Positions 27,667 through 41,429 are shown, counted from the first letter of the stretch. The stretch is 64,000 nt of DNA from Escherichia coli (GCF_030013205.1 NZ_CP122648.1); one strand, 5' to 3'. Numbers and translations: made by a program. The notes: generated by a model from the letters alone, not told the origin.

Positions 27667-28536
27667 ATGGCCATAAGCATCAAGGGTGTTAATACCGGTG
27701 TTATTCGCAAGAGCAATAATTTCATTGCACTGGCGCTGAAAATTAAAGAGCCTCGCAATAAAGAATCGTTGTTCTTTCTGTCTGTCATGGAACTGCGCGA
27801 CCTTCTGATTGCGCTGGAAAGCCGTTTGCATCAAAAGCATAAACTGGATGCTGCTGCACGCCTTCAGTATGAGCAAGCTCGCGATAAAGTCATTAAGAAA
27901 ATGGCAGAAAATATCCCAGAAATTCTGGTTGATGAGCTTAAAAATGCCGATATTAATCGTCGGGTTAACACGCTGGAACTTACCGATAATCAGGGTGAAA
28001 ATCTTACCTTCGTATTAACGCTACATGACGGTAGCAAATGTGAGTTAGTCATCAATGAATTGCAGATTGAAATGCTGGCGCGAGCAATCATTCATGCAAT
28101 TAATAATGCGGAAATGCGTGAACTGGCATTACGTATTACCTCACTGTTAGATTTCCTGCCGTTATACGACGTTGACTGCCAGGACAATGGCAATCTGGAA
28201 TATGACACCTATTCCCAACCGGAATGGAAACATAACTTGTTCAACCATTATCTGGCGGTGCTTTACCGCTTTAAAGATGAAAGTGGCAAAGAACAATTTA
28301 GCGGCGCAGTGGTGAAAACGCGTGAAGCAACGCCGGGTAAAGAAGTGGAGGCGATCACTCGCCGAATGCTTGATTTCAGCCCACGACTGAAAAAACTCGC
28401 GGGTGTACCATGTCAGGTCTATGTTCGCACCGTAGCGGCAAATAACGCCCAACCGCTAACCCAGGATCAATGCTTACGCGCGCTACATCACTTACGTGTT
28501 CAATCCACCAGCAAAACTGCACCACAGGCGAAATAA
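27667..28536 (+). CDS. yjeJ: uncharacterised protein YjeJ
   Basis: 289-aa ORF at the conserved position between epmB and yjeI; AT-rich upstream region. Confidence 0.8.
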   Translation: MAISIKGVNTGVIRKSNNFIALALKIKEPRNKESLFFLSVMELRDLLIALESRLHQKHKLDAAARLQYEQARDKVIKKMAENIPEILVDELKNADINRRVNTLELTDNQGENLTFVLTLHDGSKCELVINELQIEMLARAIIHAINNAEMRELALRITSLLDFLPLYDVDCQDNGNLEYDTYSQPEWKHNLFNHYLAVLYRFKDESGKEQFSGAVVKTREATPGKEVEAITRRMLDFSPRLKKLAGVPCQVYVRTVAANNAQPLTQDQCLRALHHLRVQSTSKTAPQAK

Positions 28537-28585
28537 TCCCATCTGTTTTACTACGAGGCTGGAAGTATCCAGCCTCTGGATCCCA

Positions 28586-28939
28586 TCAGTTCGGGCACTT
28601 ATAAACCTGACCGATAATCTGGCTATCCGTCGGGACAAAACTGGACAACATTCCCTGCGACGGGCTGCTGATGCCATAAATCACGTTACCGCCCATTGCA
28701 GCCGCCTGGTTGCGCAGATCGTTTGCTGCGCCGCGCATAGAACCGCCCTCTTCACCGTGTTGCCCGGAAAGCCAGTTGCTTTGCTTACCTGTCGCAGTAC
28801 CAATCAGCTGGCACTCTGCGCCTGGCTGCTCGTCCACAATGCGTACACTCTGACCGGCAGCACTCAATTCGTTGCTGGAGCTACAACCCGCCATCAGTAG
28901 CGCGGCACCGACAATCCCTGCTAAGTATTTTACGTGCAT
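28586..28939 (-). CDS. yjeI: putative lipoprotein YjeI
   Basis: 117 aa from MHVKYLAGIVGAALLMAGCSS (lipobox LMAGC). Confidence 0.85.
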   Translation of the reverse strand: MHVKYLAGIVGAALLMAGCSSSNELSAAGQSVRIVDEQPGAECQLIGTATGKQSNWLSGQHGEEGGSMRGAANDLRNQAAAMGGNVIYGISSPSQGMLSSFVPTDSQIIGQVYKCPN

Positions 28940-29013
28940 GTTATTCCCCATAATCAATGAGCTGGACGCCACTCGCGTCGTCCGTGTCTGAATCTTATAC
29001 TAGAAAGATGACC

Positions 29014-29047
29014 AAAAGAAAAACCCCCAGACATTTCTGCCTGAGGG
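29014..29047 (-). terminator. groSL operon intrinsic terminator
   Basis: On minus strand CCCUCAG-loop-CUGGGGG hairpin (one G-U pair) followed by UUUUUCUUUU, just downstream of groL stop. Confidence 0.55.
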
Positions 29048-29076
29048 TTTGTTTATTTCTGCGAGGTGCAGGGCAA

Positions 29077-30735
<1,659 letters not shown>

Positions 30736-30766
30736 TTAAATTCGTATGTTCAGTGTCGTGCGCGGA

Positions 30767-31111
<345 letters not shown>

Positions 31112-31140
31112 TTACGTGGTTTCCCGGCTGGTGACCAGAG

Positions 31141-31170
31141 AAATGGGGATGAGGCTTCGCCCCTTCAAGG
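31141..31170 (-). promoter_or_regulatory. sigma-32 heat-shock promoter of groSL
   Basis: On the groS strand CTTGAAG (-35) and CCCCATTT (-10), matching the sigma-32 consensus CTTGAAA / CCCCATNT with appropriate spacing. Confidence 0.65.
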
Positions 31171-31335
31171 GGGAAAAAGAAAAAAAATTCTGATCAGCAC
31201 AAAATCGGGTGAAAACCCTGATTCACCTCACATTTCATCGCAATTTCTTCATCGCCGTCATAAGCGAATCTGATTGTGCTACCATCGAAAATCTACGCAG
31301 TTGCCCATAATTTGGACGCAATCGGACATCAACCC

Positions 31336-32592
31336 ATGAGTGGACTCAAACAAGAACTGGGACTGGCCCAGGGCATTGGCCTGCTATCGACGTCATTATT
31401 AGGCACCGGCGTGTTTGCCGTTCCTGCGTTAGCTGCACTGGTAGCAGGCAATAACAGCCTGTGGGCGTGGCCCGTTTTGATTATCTTAGTGTTCCCGATT
31501 GCGATTGTGTTTGCGATTCTGGGTCGCCACTATCCCAGCGCAGGCGGTGTCGCGCACTTCGTCGGTATGGCGTTTGGTTCGCGGCTTGAGCGAGTCACCG
31601 GCTGGCTGTTTTTATCAGTCATTCCCGTGGGTTTGCCTGCCGCACTACAAATTGCAGCCGGATTCGGCCAGGCAATGTTTGGCTGGCATAGCTGGCAACT
31701 GTTGTTGGCAGAACTCGGTACGCTGGCGCTGGTGTGGTATATCGGTACTCGCGGTGCTAGTTCCAGTGCTAATCTACAAACAGTTATTGCCGGACTTATC
31801 GTCGCGCTGATTGTCGCTATCTGGTGGGCGGGCGATATCAAACCTGCGAATATCCCCTTCCCTGCACCTGGTAATATCGAACTTACCGGGTTATTTGCTG
31901 CGTTATCAGTGATGTTCTGGTGCTTTGTCGGTCTGGAAGCATTTGCCCATCTTGCCTCGGAATTTAAAAATCCAGAGCGTGATTTTCCTCGTGCTTTGAT
32001 GATTGGTCTGCTGCTGGCAGGATTAGTCTACTGGGGCTGTACGGTAGTCGTCTTACACTTCGACGCCTATGGTGAACAAATGGCGGCAGCAGCATCGCTT
32101 CCAAAAATTGTAGTGCAACTGTTCGGTGTAGGAGCGTTATGGATTGCCTGCGTGATTGGCTATCTGGCCTGCTTTGCCAGTCTCAACATTTATATACAGA
32201 GCTTCGCCCGCCTGGTCTGGTCGCAGGCGCAACATAATCCTGACCACTACCTGGCACGCCTCTCTTCTCGTCATATCCCGAATAATGCCCTCAATGCGGT
32301 GCTCGGCTGCTGCGTGGTGAGCACGTTGGTGATTCATGCTTTAGAGATCAATCTGGACGCACTTATCATCTATGCCAATGGCATCTTTATTATGATTTAT
32401 CTGTTATGCATGCTGGCAGGCTGTAAATTATTGCAAGGACGTTATCGACTACTGGCGGTGGCTGGCGGGCTGTTATGCGTTCTGTTACTGGCAATGGTCG
32501 GCTGGAAAAGTCTCTATGCGCTGATCATGCTGGCGGGGTTATGGCTGTTTCTGCCAAAACGAAAAACGCCGGAAAATGGCATAACCACATAA
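31336..32592 (+). CDS. yjeH: APC-family amino-acid exporter YjeH
   Basis: 418 aa from internal ATG at 31336 (MSGLKQELGLAQGIGLLSTS); polytopic membrane protein. Confidence 0.9.
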   Translation: MSGLKQELGLAQGIGLLSTSLLGTGVFAVPALAALVAGNNSLWAWPVLIILVFPIAIVFAILGRHYPSAGGVAHFVGMAFGSRLERVTGWLFLSVIPVGLPAALQIAAGFGQAMFGWHSWQLLLAELGTLALVWYIGTRGASSSANLQTVIAGLIVALIVAIWWAGDIKPANIPFPAPGNIELTGLFAALSVMFWCFVGLEAFAHLASEFKNPERDFPRALMIGLLLAGLVYWGCTVVVLHFDAYGEQMAAAASLPKIVVQLFGVGALWIACVIGYLACFASLNIYIQSFARLVWSQAQHNPDHYLARLSSRHIPNNALNAVLGCCVVSTLVIHALEINLDALIIYANGIFIMIYLLCMLAGCKLLQGRYRLLAVAGGLLCVLLLAMVGWKSLYALIMLAGLWLFLPKRKTPENGITT

Positions 32593-32607
32593 TCCGGCGT
32601 TTCGGCA

Positions 32608-33084
32608 TTAATCCTGGCGATCGTCTTTATGATCAAGGCGGTCGCGGTCATCATCCTTTCGCTGGTACTCACCATCAAAAGTATTACCGCCACCGGTCCC
32701 GGCGCTAAAACCGCCGCCAGGCATACGGGAAAAACGCAAATGCGGCATCAACTTCACTGTCAGATGCTTTTGCACCGGCGGTAATAAAAGCAGAAGACCG
32801 AGGAAGTCGGTGAAAAAGCCCGGTAATAAAAGCAGCAAACCGGCAATGATCAGCGAAACACTTTTAATCATCTCCGCCGCTGGGTTTTCACCTGCCGCCA
32901 TTTTTTGCTGCATCAGCACGAAATTCTTAAAGCCCTGGTTACGTACCAGTGACATACCGATAACTGACGTGAATATAACCAGCACGAGGGTCAGCAATAC
33001 CCCCAATACATGGGCAACCTGAATAAAGATTGAAATCTCAATATAGACATAAAGGAAAATGGCAATAAAAGGTAACCAGCGCAA
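32608..33084 (-). CDS. fxsA: inner membrane protein FxsA
   Basis: 158-aa ORF with N-terminal TM helices and acidic C-terminal tail; between yjeH and aspA. Confidence 0.9.
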   Translation of the reverse strand: MRWLPFIAIFLYVYIEISIFIQVAHVLGVLLTLVLVIFTSVIGMSLVRNQGFKNFVLMQQKMAAGENPAAEMIKSVSLIIAGLLLLLPGFFTDFLGLLLLLPPVQKHLTVKLMPHLRFSRMPGGGFSAGTGGGNTFDGEYQRKDDDRDRLDHKDDRQD

Positions 33085-33420
33085 AGGTTTCTCCTGTAAT
33101 AGCAGCCGGTTAAACCCGGCTACCTGAATGGGTTGCGAATCGCGTTCAGCTTATATTGTGGTCATTAGCAAAATTTCAAGATGTTTGCGCAACTATTTTT
33201 GGTAGTAATCCCAAAGCGGTGATCTATTTCACAAATTAATAATTAAGGGGTAAAAACCGACACTTAAAGTGATCCAGATTACGGTAGAAATCCTCAAGCA
33301 GCATATGATCTCGGGTATTCGGTCGATGCAGGGGATAATCGTCGGTCGAAAAACATTCGAAACCACATATATTCTGTGTGTTTAAAGCAAATCATTGGCA
33401 GCTTGAAAAAGAAGGTTCAC

Positions 33421-34857
33421 ATGTCAAACAACATTCGTATCGAAGAAGATCTGTTGGGTACCAGGGAAGTTCCAGCTGATGCCTACTATGGTGTTCACAC
33501 TCTGAGAGCGATTGAAAACTTCTATATCAGCAACAACAAAATCAGTGATATTCCTGAATTTGTTCGCGGTATGGTAATGGTTAAAAAAGCCGCAGCTATG
33601 GCAAACAAAGAGCTGCAAACCATTCCTAAAAGTGTAGCGAATGCCATCATTGCCGCATGTGATGAAGTCCTGAACAACGGAAAATGCATGGATCAGTTCC
33701 CGGTAGACGTCTACCAGGGCGGCGCAGGTACTTCCGTAAACATGAACACCAACGAAGTGCTGGCCAATATCGGTCTGGAACTGATGGGTCACCAGAAAGG
33801 TGAATATCAGTACCTGAACCCGAACGACCATGTTAACAAATGTCAGTCCACTAACGACGCCTACCCGACCGGTTTCCGTATCGCAGTTTACTCTTCCCTG
33901 ATTAAGCTGGTAGATGCGATTAACCAACTGCGTGAAGGCTTTGAACGTAAAGCTGTCGAATTCCAGGACATCCTGAAAATGGGTCGTACCCAGCTGCAGG
34001 ACGCAGTACCGATGACCCTCGGTCAGGAATTCCGCGCTTTCAGCATCCTGCTGAAAGAAGAAGTGAAAAATATCCAACGTACCGCTGAACTGCTGCTGGA
34101 AGTTAACCTTGGCGCAACAGCAATCGGTACTGGTCTGAACACGCCGAAAGAGTACTCTCCGCTGGCAGTGAAAAAACTGGCTGAAGTCACTGGCTTCCCA
34201 TGCGTACCGGCTGAAGACCTGATCGAAGCGACCTCTGACTGCGGCGCTTATGTAATGGTTCACGGCGCGCTGAAACGCCTGGCTGTGAAGATGTCCAAAA
34301 TCTGTAACGACCTGCGCTTGCTCTCTTCTGGTCCACGTGCCGGCCTGAACGAGATCAACCTGCCGGAACTGCAGGCGGGCTCTTCCATCATGCCAGCTAA
34401 AGTAAACCCGGTTGTTCCGGAAGTGGTTAACCAGGTATGCTTCAAAGTCATCGGTAACGACACCACTGTTACCATGGCAGCAGAAGCAGGTCAGCTGCAG
34501 TTGAACGTTATGGAGCCGGTCATTGGCCAGGCTATGTTCGAATCCGTTCACATTCTGACCAACGCTTGCTACAACCTGCTGGAAAAATGCATTAACGGCA
34601 TCACTGCTAACAAAGAAGTGTGCGAAGGTTACGTTTACAACTCTATCGGTATCGTTACTTACCTGAACCCGTTCATCGGTCACCACAACGGTGACATCGT
34701 GGGTAAAATCTGTGCCGAAACCGGTAAGAGTGTACGTGAAGTCGTTCTGGAACGCGGTCTGTTGACTGAAGCGGAACTTGACGATATTTTCTCCGTACAG
34801 AATCTGATGCACCCGGCTTACAAAGCAAAACGCTATACTGATGAAAGCGAACAGTAA
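33421..34857 (+). CDS. aspA: aspartate ammonia-lyase
   Basis: 478 aa from ATG at 33421 ([24 protein letters not shown]); fumarase/aspartase signature [10 protein letters not shown]. Confidence 0.96.
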
Positions 34858-34883
34858 TCGTACAGGGTAGTACAAATAAAAAA

Positions 34884-34909
34884 GGCACGTCAGATGACGT
34901 GCCTTTTTT
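34884..34909 (+). terminator. aspA intrinsic terminator
   Basis: ggcacgtc-agat-gacgtgcc hairpin followed by TTTTTT. Confidence 0.75.
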
Positions 34910-34974
34910 CTTGTGAGCAGTAACTTAAAAATAACAATCTAATATCAACTTGTTAAAAAACAAGGAAGGCTAAT

Positions 34975-36276
34975 ATGCTAGTTGTAGAACTCATCATAGT
35001 TTTGCTGGCGATCTTCTTGGGCGCCAGATTGGGGGGAATAGGTATTGGTTTTGCAGGCGGATTGGGGGTGCTGGTTCTTGCCGCTATTGGCGTTAAACCC
35101 GGTAACATCCCGTTCGATGTCATTTCCATTATCATGGCGGTTATCGCCGCTATTTCTGCCATGCAGGTTGCTGGCGGTCTGGACTATCTGGTTCATCAGA
35201 CAGAAAAGCTGCTGCGCCGTAACCCGAAATACATCACGATCCTCGCACCGATCGTGACCTATTTCCTGACTATCTTTGCTGGTACTGGCAACATCTCTCT
35301 GGCGACACTGCCAGTTATCGCTGAAGTTGCGAAGGAACAAGGCGTTAAACCTTGCCGTCCGCTGTCTACTGCAGTGGTATCCGCGCAGATTGCGATCACC
35401 GCATCGCCAATCTCAGCGGCAGTGGTTTACATGTCTTCCGTAATGGAAGGTCATGGCATCAGCTACCTCCATCTGCTCTCCGTGGTCATCCCGTCCACCC
35501 TGCTGGCGGTTCTGGTGATGTCCTTCCTGGTCACTATGCTGTTCAACTCCAAACTCTCTGACGATCCGATTTATCGCAAGCGTCTGGAAGAAGGCCTGGT
35601 TGAACTGCGCGGTGAAAAGCAGATTGAAATCAAATCCGGTGCAAAAACGTCCGTCTGGCTGTTCCTGCTGGGCGTAGTTGGCGTTGTTATCTATGCAATC
35701 ATCAACAGCCCAAGCATGGGTCTGGTTGAAAAACCGCTGATGAACACCACCAACGCAATCCTGATCATCATGCTCAGCGTTGCAACTCTGACCACCGTTA
35801 TCTGTAAAGTCGATACCGACAACATCCTCAACTCCAGCACCTTCAAAGCAGGTATGAGCGCCTGTATTTGTATCCTGGGTGTTGCATGGCTGGGCGATAC
35901 TTTCGTTTCCAACAACATCGACTGGATCAAAGATACCGCTGGTGAAGTGATTCAGGGTCATCCGTGGCTGCTGGCCGTCATCTTCTTCTTTGCTTCTGCT
36001 CTGCTGTACTCTCAGGCTGCAACCGCAAAAGCACTGATGCCGATGGCTCTGGCACTGAACGTTTCTCCGCTGACCGCTGTTGCTTCTTTCGCTGCGGTGT
36101 CTGGTCTGTTCATTCTGCCGACCTACCCGACGCTGGTTGCTGCGGTACAGATGGATGACACGGGTACTACCCGTATCGGTAAATTCGTCTTCAACCATCC
36201 GTTCTTCATCCCGGGTACTCTGGGTGTTGCCCTTGCCGTTTGCTTCGGCTTCGTGCTGGGTAGCTTCATGCTGTAA
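34975..36276 (+). CDS. dcuA: anaerobic C4-dicarboxylate transporter DcuA
   Basis: 433-aa polytopic ORF MLVVELIIVLLAIFLGARLGGIGIGFAGG directly downstream of aspA. Confidence 0.95.
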   Translation: MLVVELIIVLLAIFLGARLGGIGIGFAGGLGVLVLAAIGVKPGNIPFDVISIIMAVIAAISAMQVAGGLDYLVHQTEKLLRRNPKYITILAPIVTYFLTIFAGTGNISLATLPVIAEVAKEQGVKPCRPLSTAVVSAQIAITASPISAAVVYMSSVMEGHGISYLHLLSVVIPSTLLAVLVMSFLVTMLFNSKLSDDPIYRKRLEEGLVELRGEKQIEIKSGAKTSVWLFLLGVVGVVIYAIINSPSMGLVEKPLMNTTNAILIIMLSVATLTTVICKVDTDNILNSSTFKAGMSACICILGVAWLGDTFVSNNIDWIKDTAGEVIQGHPWLLAVIFFFASALLYSQAATAKALMPMALALNVSPLTAVASFAAVSGLFILPTYPTLVAAVQMDDTGTTRIGKFVFNHPFFIPGTLGVALAVCFGFVLGSFML

Positions 36277-36285
36277 TGACCAATC

Positions 36286-36311
36286 GCGGGGCTTCAGGCC
36301 CCGCTTTCTTT
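36286..36311 (+). terminator. dcuA intrinsic terminator
   Basis: gcggggc-ttcag-gccccgc hairpin followed by TTTCTTT. Confidence 0.65.
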
Positions 36312-36390
36312 CCCGCCGACTAACATCCTTCCCCCGTCCGTTGTATAGTGACCTCTCTCTTGCGGTTCCATCTGTTCTTGCGAGGTGTTT

Positions 36391-36729
36391 ATGCTTGATG
36401 AAAAAAGTTCGAATACCGCGTCTGTCGTGGTGCTATGTACGGCACCGGATGAAGCGACAGCCCAGGATTTAGCCGCCAAAGTGCTGGCGGAAAAACTGGC
36501 GGCCTGCGCGACCTTGATCCCCGGCGCTACCTCTCTCTATTACTGGGAAGGTAAGCTGGAGCAAGAATACGAAGTGCAGATGATTTTAAAAACTACCGTA
36601 TCTCACCAGCAGGCACTGCTGGAATGCCTGAAGTCTCATCATCCATATCAAACCCCGGAACTTCTGGTTTTACCTGTTACACACGGAGACACAGATTACC
36701 TCTCATGGCTCAACGCATCTTTACGCTGA
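36391..36729 (+). CDS. cutA: divalent-cation tolerance protein CutA
   Basis: 112 aa from [28 protein letters not shown]; overlaps dsbD start. Confidence 0.9.
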
Positions 36730-38402
36730 TCCTGCTACTTTGCAGCACTTCCGTTTTTGCCGGATTATTCGACGCGCCGGGACGTTCACAATTTGTCCCC
36801 GCGGATCAAGCCTTTGCTTTTGATTTTCAGCAAAACCAACATGACCTGAATCTGACCTGGCAGATCAAAGACGGTTACTACCTCTACCGTAAACAGATCC
36901 GCATTACGCCGGAACACGCGAAAATTGCCGACGTGCAGCTGCCGCAAGGCGTCTGGCATGAAGATGAGTTTTACGGCAAAAGCGAGATTTACCGCGATCG
37001 GCTGACGCTTCCCGTCACCATCAACCAGGCGAGTGCGGGAGCGACGTTAACTATCACCTACCAGGGCTGTGCTGATGCCGGTTTCTGTTATCCGCCAGAA
37101 ACCAAAACCGTTCCGTTAAGCGAAGTGGTCGCCAACAACGCAGCGTCACAGCCTGTGTCTGTTCCGCAGCAAGAGCAGCCCACCGCGCAATTGCCCTTTT
37201 CCGCGCTCTGGGCGTTGTTGATCGGTATTGGTATCGCCTTTACGCCATGCGTGCTGCCAATGTACCCACTGATTTCTGGTATCGTGCTGGGCGGTAAACA
37301 GCGGCTCTCCACTGCCAGAGCATTGTTGCTGACCTTTATTTATGTGCAGGGGATGGCGCTGACTTACACGGCACTGGGTCTGGTGGTTGCCGCCGCAGGG
37401 TTACAGTTCCAGGCGGCGCTACAGCACCCATACGTGCTCATTGGCCTCGCTATCGTCTTTACCTTGCTGGCGATGTCAATGTTTGGCTTGTTTACTCTGC
37501 AACTCCCCTCTTCGCTGCAAACACGTCTCACGCTGATGAGCAATCGCCAACAGGGCGGCTCACCTGGCGGTGTGTTTGTTATGGGGGCGATTGCCGGACT
37601 GATCTGTTCACCATGCACCACCGCACCGCTTAGCGCGATTCTGCTGTATATCGCCCAAAGCGGGAACATGTGGCTGGGGGGCGGCACGCTTTATCTCTAT
37701 GCGTTGGGCATGGGCCTGCCGCTGATGCTAATTACCGTCTTTGGTAACCGCTTGCTGCCGAAAAGCGGCCCGTGGATGGAACAAGTCAAAACCGCGTTTG
37801 GTTTTGTGATCCTCGCACTGCCGGTCTTCCTGCTGGAGCGAGTGATTGGTGATATATGGGGATTACGCTTGTGGTCGGCGCTTGGTGTCGCATTCTTTGG
37901 CTGGGCCTTTATCACCAGCCTACAGGCCAAACGCGGCTGGATGCGCGTGGTGCAAATAATCCTGCTGGCAGCGGCATTGGTTAGCGTGCGCCCACTTCAG
38001 GATTGGGCATTTGGTGCGACGCATACCGCGCAAACTCAGACGCATCTCAACTTTACACAAATCAAAACGGTAGATGAGTTAAATCAGGCGCTCGTTGAAG
38101 CCAAAGGCAAACCAGTGATGTTAGATCTCTATGCCGACTGGTGCGTCGCCTGTAAAGAGTTTGAGAAATACACCTTCAGCGACCCGCAGGTGCAAAAAGC
38201 GTTAGCAGACACGGTATTACTTCAGGCCAACGTCACTGCCAACGACGCACAAGATGTGGCGCTGTTAAAGCATCTTAATGTCCTTGGCCTACCGACAATT
38301 CTCTTTTTTGACGGACAAGGCCAGGAGCATCCACAAGCACGCGTCACGGGCTTTATGGATGCTGAAACCTTCAGCGCACATTTGCGCGATCGCCAACCGT
38401 GA
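36705..38402 (+). CDS. dsbD: thiol:disulfide interchange protein DsbD
   Basis: 565 aa from ATG at 36705 ([19 protein letters not shown]); central TM domain, C-terminal thioredoxin-like CVAC motif. Confidence 0.93.
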
Positions 38403-38438
38403 ACGACACTTGCAGTGGGAAAGACGGAGGAAAATAGC

Positions 38439-39014
38439 GTGCAACGTGAAGATGTACTGGGAGAAGCCCTGAAATTATTAGAATTACAAGGGATTGCCAA
38501 CACCACGCTGGAGATGGTTGCTGAACGTGTGGATTATCCACTGGACGAGCTACGCCGCTTCTGGCCAGACAAAGAGGCAATCCTCTACGATGCGCTGCGT
38601 TATCTTAGCCAACAGATAGATGTCTGGCGTCGTCAGCTGATGCTGGACGAAACGCAAACCGCCGAACAAAAGTTGCTGGCACGTTATCAGGCGTTATCGG
38701 AGTGCGTTAAAAACAACCGCTATCCGGGCTGTCTGTTTATCGCTGCCTGTACGTTTTATCCCGATCCTGGCCACCCTATTCATCAACTGGCCGATCAGCA
38801 AAAAAGCGCGGCCTACGATTTCACCCACGAACTGTTAACCACACTGGAAGTTGACGATCCGGCGATGGTAGCAAAGCAGATGGAACTGGTGCTGGAAGGC
38901 TGTTTAAGCCGAATGCTGGTGAATCGTAGCCAGGCGGATGTCGACACCGCACATCGGCTGGCGGAAGATATCCTGCGCTTCGCCCGCTGCCGCCAGGGTG
39001 GTGCTTTGACCTGA
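38439..39014 (+). CDS. yjdC: TetR-family transcriptional regulator YjdC
   Basis: 191 aa from GTG at 38439 ([32 protein letters not shown]-terminal HTH). Confidence 0.85.
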
Positions 39015-39120
39015 CAGAAACACAGAAAAGAAGCGATTTGCCGCAATCTTAAGCAGTTGAATCGCTTTTACTGAAATTAGGTTGACGAGATGTGCAGATT
39101 ACGGTTTAATGCGCCCCGTT

Positions 39121-39196
39121 GCCCGGATAGCTCAGTCGGTAGAGCAGGGGATTGAAAATCCCCGTGTCCTTGGTTCGATTCCGAGTCCGGGCACCA
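39121..39196 (+). tRNA. pheU: tRNA-Phe (GAA)
   Basis: GCCCGGATAGCTCAGTCGGTAGAGCAGGGGATTGAAAATCCCCGTGTCCTTGGTTCGATTCCGAGTCCGGGCACCA, 76 nt with GAA anticodon and CCA end. Confidence 0.97.
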
Positions 39197-39209
39197 AATT
39201 CATATCAAC

Positions 39210-39234
39210 GGACCTCCACGGAGGTCCGTTTTTC
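39210..39234 (+). terminator. pheU intrinsic terminator
   Basis: ggacctcc/ggaggtcc hairpin followed by GTTTTT immediately after the tRNA. Confidence 0.7.
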
Positions 39235-39393
39235 GTTTCAGAACACCATGATTTAAGTGTTCTTCCTCCAAATCAATTCTACCGAACTCAACCAAATTCT
39301 CCCCACATCAACCTCATTGTGTGGGTATAATTGCGGGTATACCCCAGTTCGACAGAATTTATACCCTCTTTAACGCATTCAGAAGGCTGAACT

Positions 39394-40656
39394 ATGGCAC
39401 TGACTGACGCAAAAATCCGGGCTGCAAAGCCCACTGACAAGGCTTATAAACTCACTGACGGGGCCGGCATGTTCCTGCTGGTTCATCCTAATGGTTCCCG
39501 TTACTGGCGTCTCCGCTATCGTATTCTGGGTAAGGAGAAGACTCTGGCACTTGGTGTGTATCCAGAAGTTTCTCTCTCCGAAGCTCGTACAAAACGGGAT
39601 GAGGCCCGAAAACTGATTTCAGAGGGGATTGACCCTTGCGAACAGAAAAGAGCTAAAAAAGTTGTCCCTGATTTACAGCTCTCTTTTGAACATATTGCAC
39701 GACGCTGGCATGCCAGTAATAAACAATGGGCACAATCACACAGCGATAAAGTACTCAAAAGCCTCGAGACACACGTTTTCCCCTTTATCGGCAACCGGGA
39801 TATCACAACACTCAGTACCCCGGACCTGCTTATCCCTGTTCGTGCTGCAGAAGCTAAACAAATTTATGAAATCGCCAGTCGTCTGCAGCAAAGAATATCT
39901 GCTGTAATGCGTTATGCCGTACAGTCTGGCATCATCAGATATAACCCGGCTCTGGATATGGCTGGTGCATTGACCACGGTAAAACGCCAGCATCGCCCTG
40001 CACTGGATCTTTCACGCCTGCCTGAACTTCTGTCGCGTATTGACGGTTATAAAGGCCAGCCTGTCACCCGACTGGCAGTTATGCTGAATTTACTGGTTTT
40101 TATTCGTTCCAGTGAACTCAGATACGCCCGCTGGTCTGAAATTGATATTGACAATGCCATGTGGACTATTCCAGCCGAACGCGAACCTCTGCCTGGCGTA
40201 AAATTCTCACACCGGGGCTCCAAGATGCGAACACCACATCTTGTGCCACTCAGCAAACAGGCTGTAGCCATACTGGCAGAACTACAGACATGGGCTGGTG
40301 AAAATGGTCTGATCTTTACGGGAGCACATGACCCGCATAAACCAATCAGTGAAAATACTGTAAATAAAGCCCTGAGGGTGATGGGGTATGACACAACCCA
40401 GGATGTCTGTGGCCATGGATTCCGTGCGATGGCATGTAGTGCGCTGATCGAATCAGGTTTGTGGTCCCGCGATGCTGTTGAACGTCAGATGAGCCATCAG
40501 GAACGTAACGGTGTACGCGCTGCGTATATCCATAAAGCCGAACATCTGGAAGAACGCCGGCTGATGCTACAGTGGTGGGCAGATTTTCTGAATGCGAACA
40601 GAGAGAAATGTATCAGTCCGTTTGATTATGCAAAGATCAACAATCCATTAAAATAG
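39394..40656 (+). CDS. P4-type tyrosine integrase
   Basis: 420-aa ORF MALTDAKIRAAKPTDKAYKLTDGAGMFLLVHPNGSRYWRLRYR with C-terminal catalytic region (HGFRAMA, Y in RAAYIH); 200 bp downstream of a tRNA gene; SD GAAGG. Confidence 0.92.
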   Translation: MALTDAKIRAAKPTDKAYKLTDGAGMFLLVHPNGSRYWRLRYRILGKEKTLALGVYPEVSLSEARTKRDEARKLISEGIDPCEQKRAKKVVPDLQLSFEHIARRWHASNKQWAQSHSDKVLKSLETHVFPFIGNRDITTLSTPDLLIPVRAAEAKQIYEIASRLQQRISAVMRYAVQSGIIRYNPALDMAGALTTVKRQHRPALDLSRLPELLSRIDGYKGQPVTRLAVMLNLLVFIRSSELRYARWSEIDIDNAMWTIPAEREPLPGVKFSHRGSKMRTPHLVPLSKQAVAILAELQTWAGENGLIFTGAHDPHKPISENTVNKALRVMGYDTTQDVCGHGFRAMACSALIESGLWSRDAVERQMSHQERNGVRAAYIHKAEHLEERRLMLQWWADFLNANREKCISPFDYAKINNPLK

Positions 40657-40819
40657 TAATAATCCCCGGGCAAAATGCCCGGGGTACTTTGAATGACTAT
40701 TTTTCTTTGGGCGTGATGAAGAAGATTGATGGTAAGACAAATTACTCCCGACTCTTACGTATTTTCATGGAAAGAAATCCCCCAATATCATCCATCGGGA
40801 TCGAGTAATAACCTGTAAT

Positions 40820-41005
40820 ATGCTGCAGGTTCCGACAGCGGCGGCAAATATGCAGCACATATTGTGCTCACTGATCGGCACCTGCCGTCTGAACAATGCG
40901 GAGTCAGAAAAATTGCTGCATTACGTCACAGATCATATGCAGGACTGGTCGGCAAACCGGGTACGCGATCTGTTGCCCTGGAAAGTTGATCTGACCTCTC
41001 AGTAA
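40820..41005 (+). pseudogene. IS66-family transposase C-terminal fragment
   Basis: 61-aa ORF LIGTCRLNNAESEKLLHYVTDHMQDWSANRVRDLLPW, paralogous to the C-terminus of the fragment at 41730-42251. Confidence 0.6.
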
Positions 41006-41069
41006 ATATCAATACGGTTCTGGCGAGCCGCTTACAATCGAACTGGGATACAGGGAGATAAAACAGACG

Positions 41070-41429
41070 ATGCAACTGAGCAGGCTGACGCTGAGAAGTA
41101 AAAAGCCGGAGCTTGTGGAGCAAGAGCTGTGGGGTGTCTTACTGGCTTATAATCTGGTGAGATATCAGATGATTAAAATGGCGGAACATCTGAAAGGTTA
41201 CTGGCCGAATCAACTGAGTTTCTCAGAATCATGCGGAATGGTGATGAGAATGCTGATGACATTGCAGGGCGCTTCACCGGGACATATACCGGAGCTGATG
41301 CGCGATCTTGCAAGTATGGGACAACTTGTGAAATTACCGACAATAAGGGAAAGGGCCTTCCCGAGAGTGGTAAAGGAGAGGCCCTGGAAATACCCCACAG
41401 CCCCGAAAAAGAGCCAGTCAGTTGCTTAA
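41070..41429 (+). pseudogene. transposase C-terminal fragment, IS4-like (family uncertain)
   Basis: 119-aa ORF with EQELWGVLLAYNLVRYQM motif recalled from IS4-family transposase C-termini. Confidence 0.45.

Noticed and set aside
33424-34875. 483-aa minus-strand ORF
   Set aside because: Antisense to aspA across its whole length
35413-36198. 261-aa minus-strand ORF
   Set aside because: Antisense to dcuA
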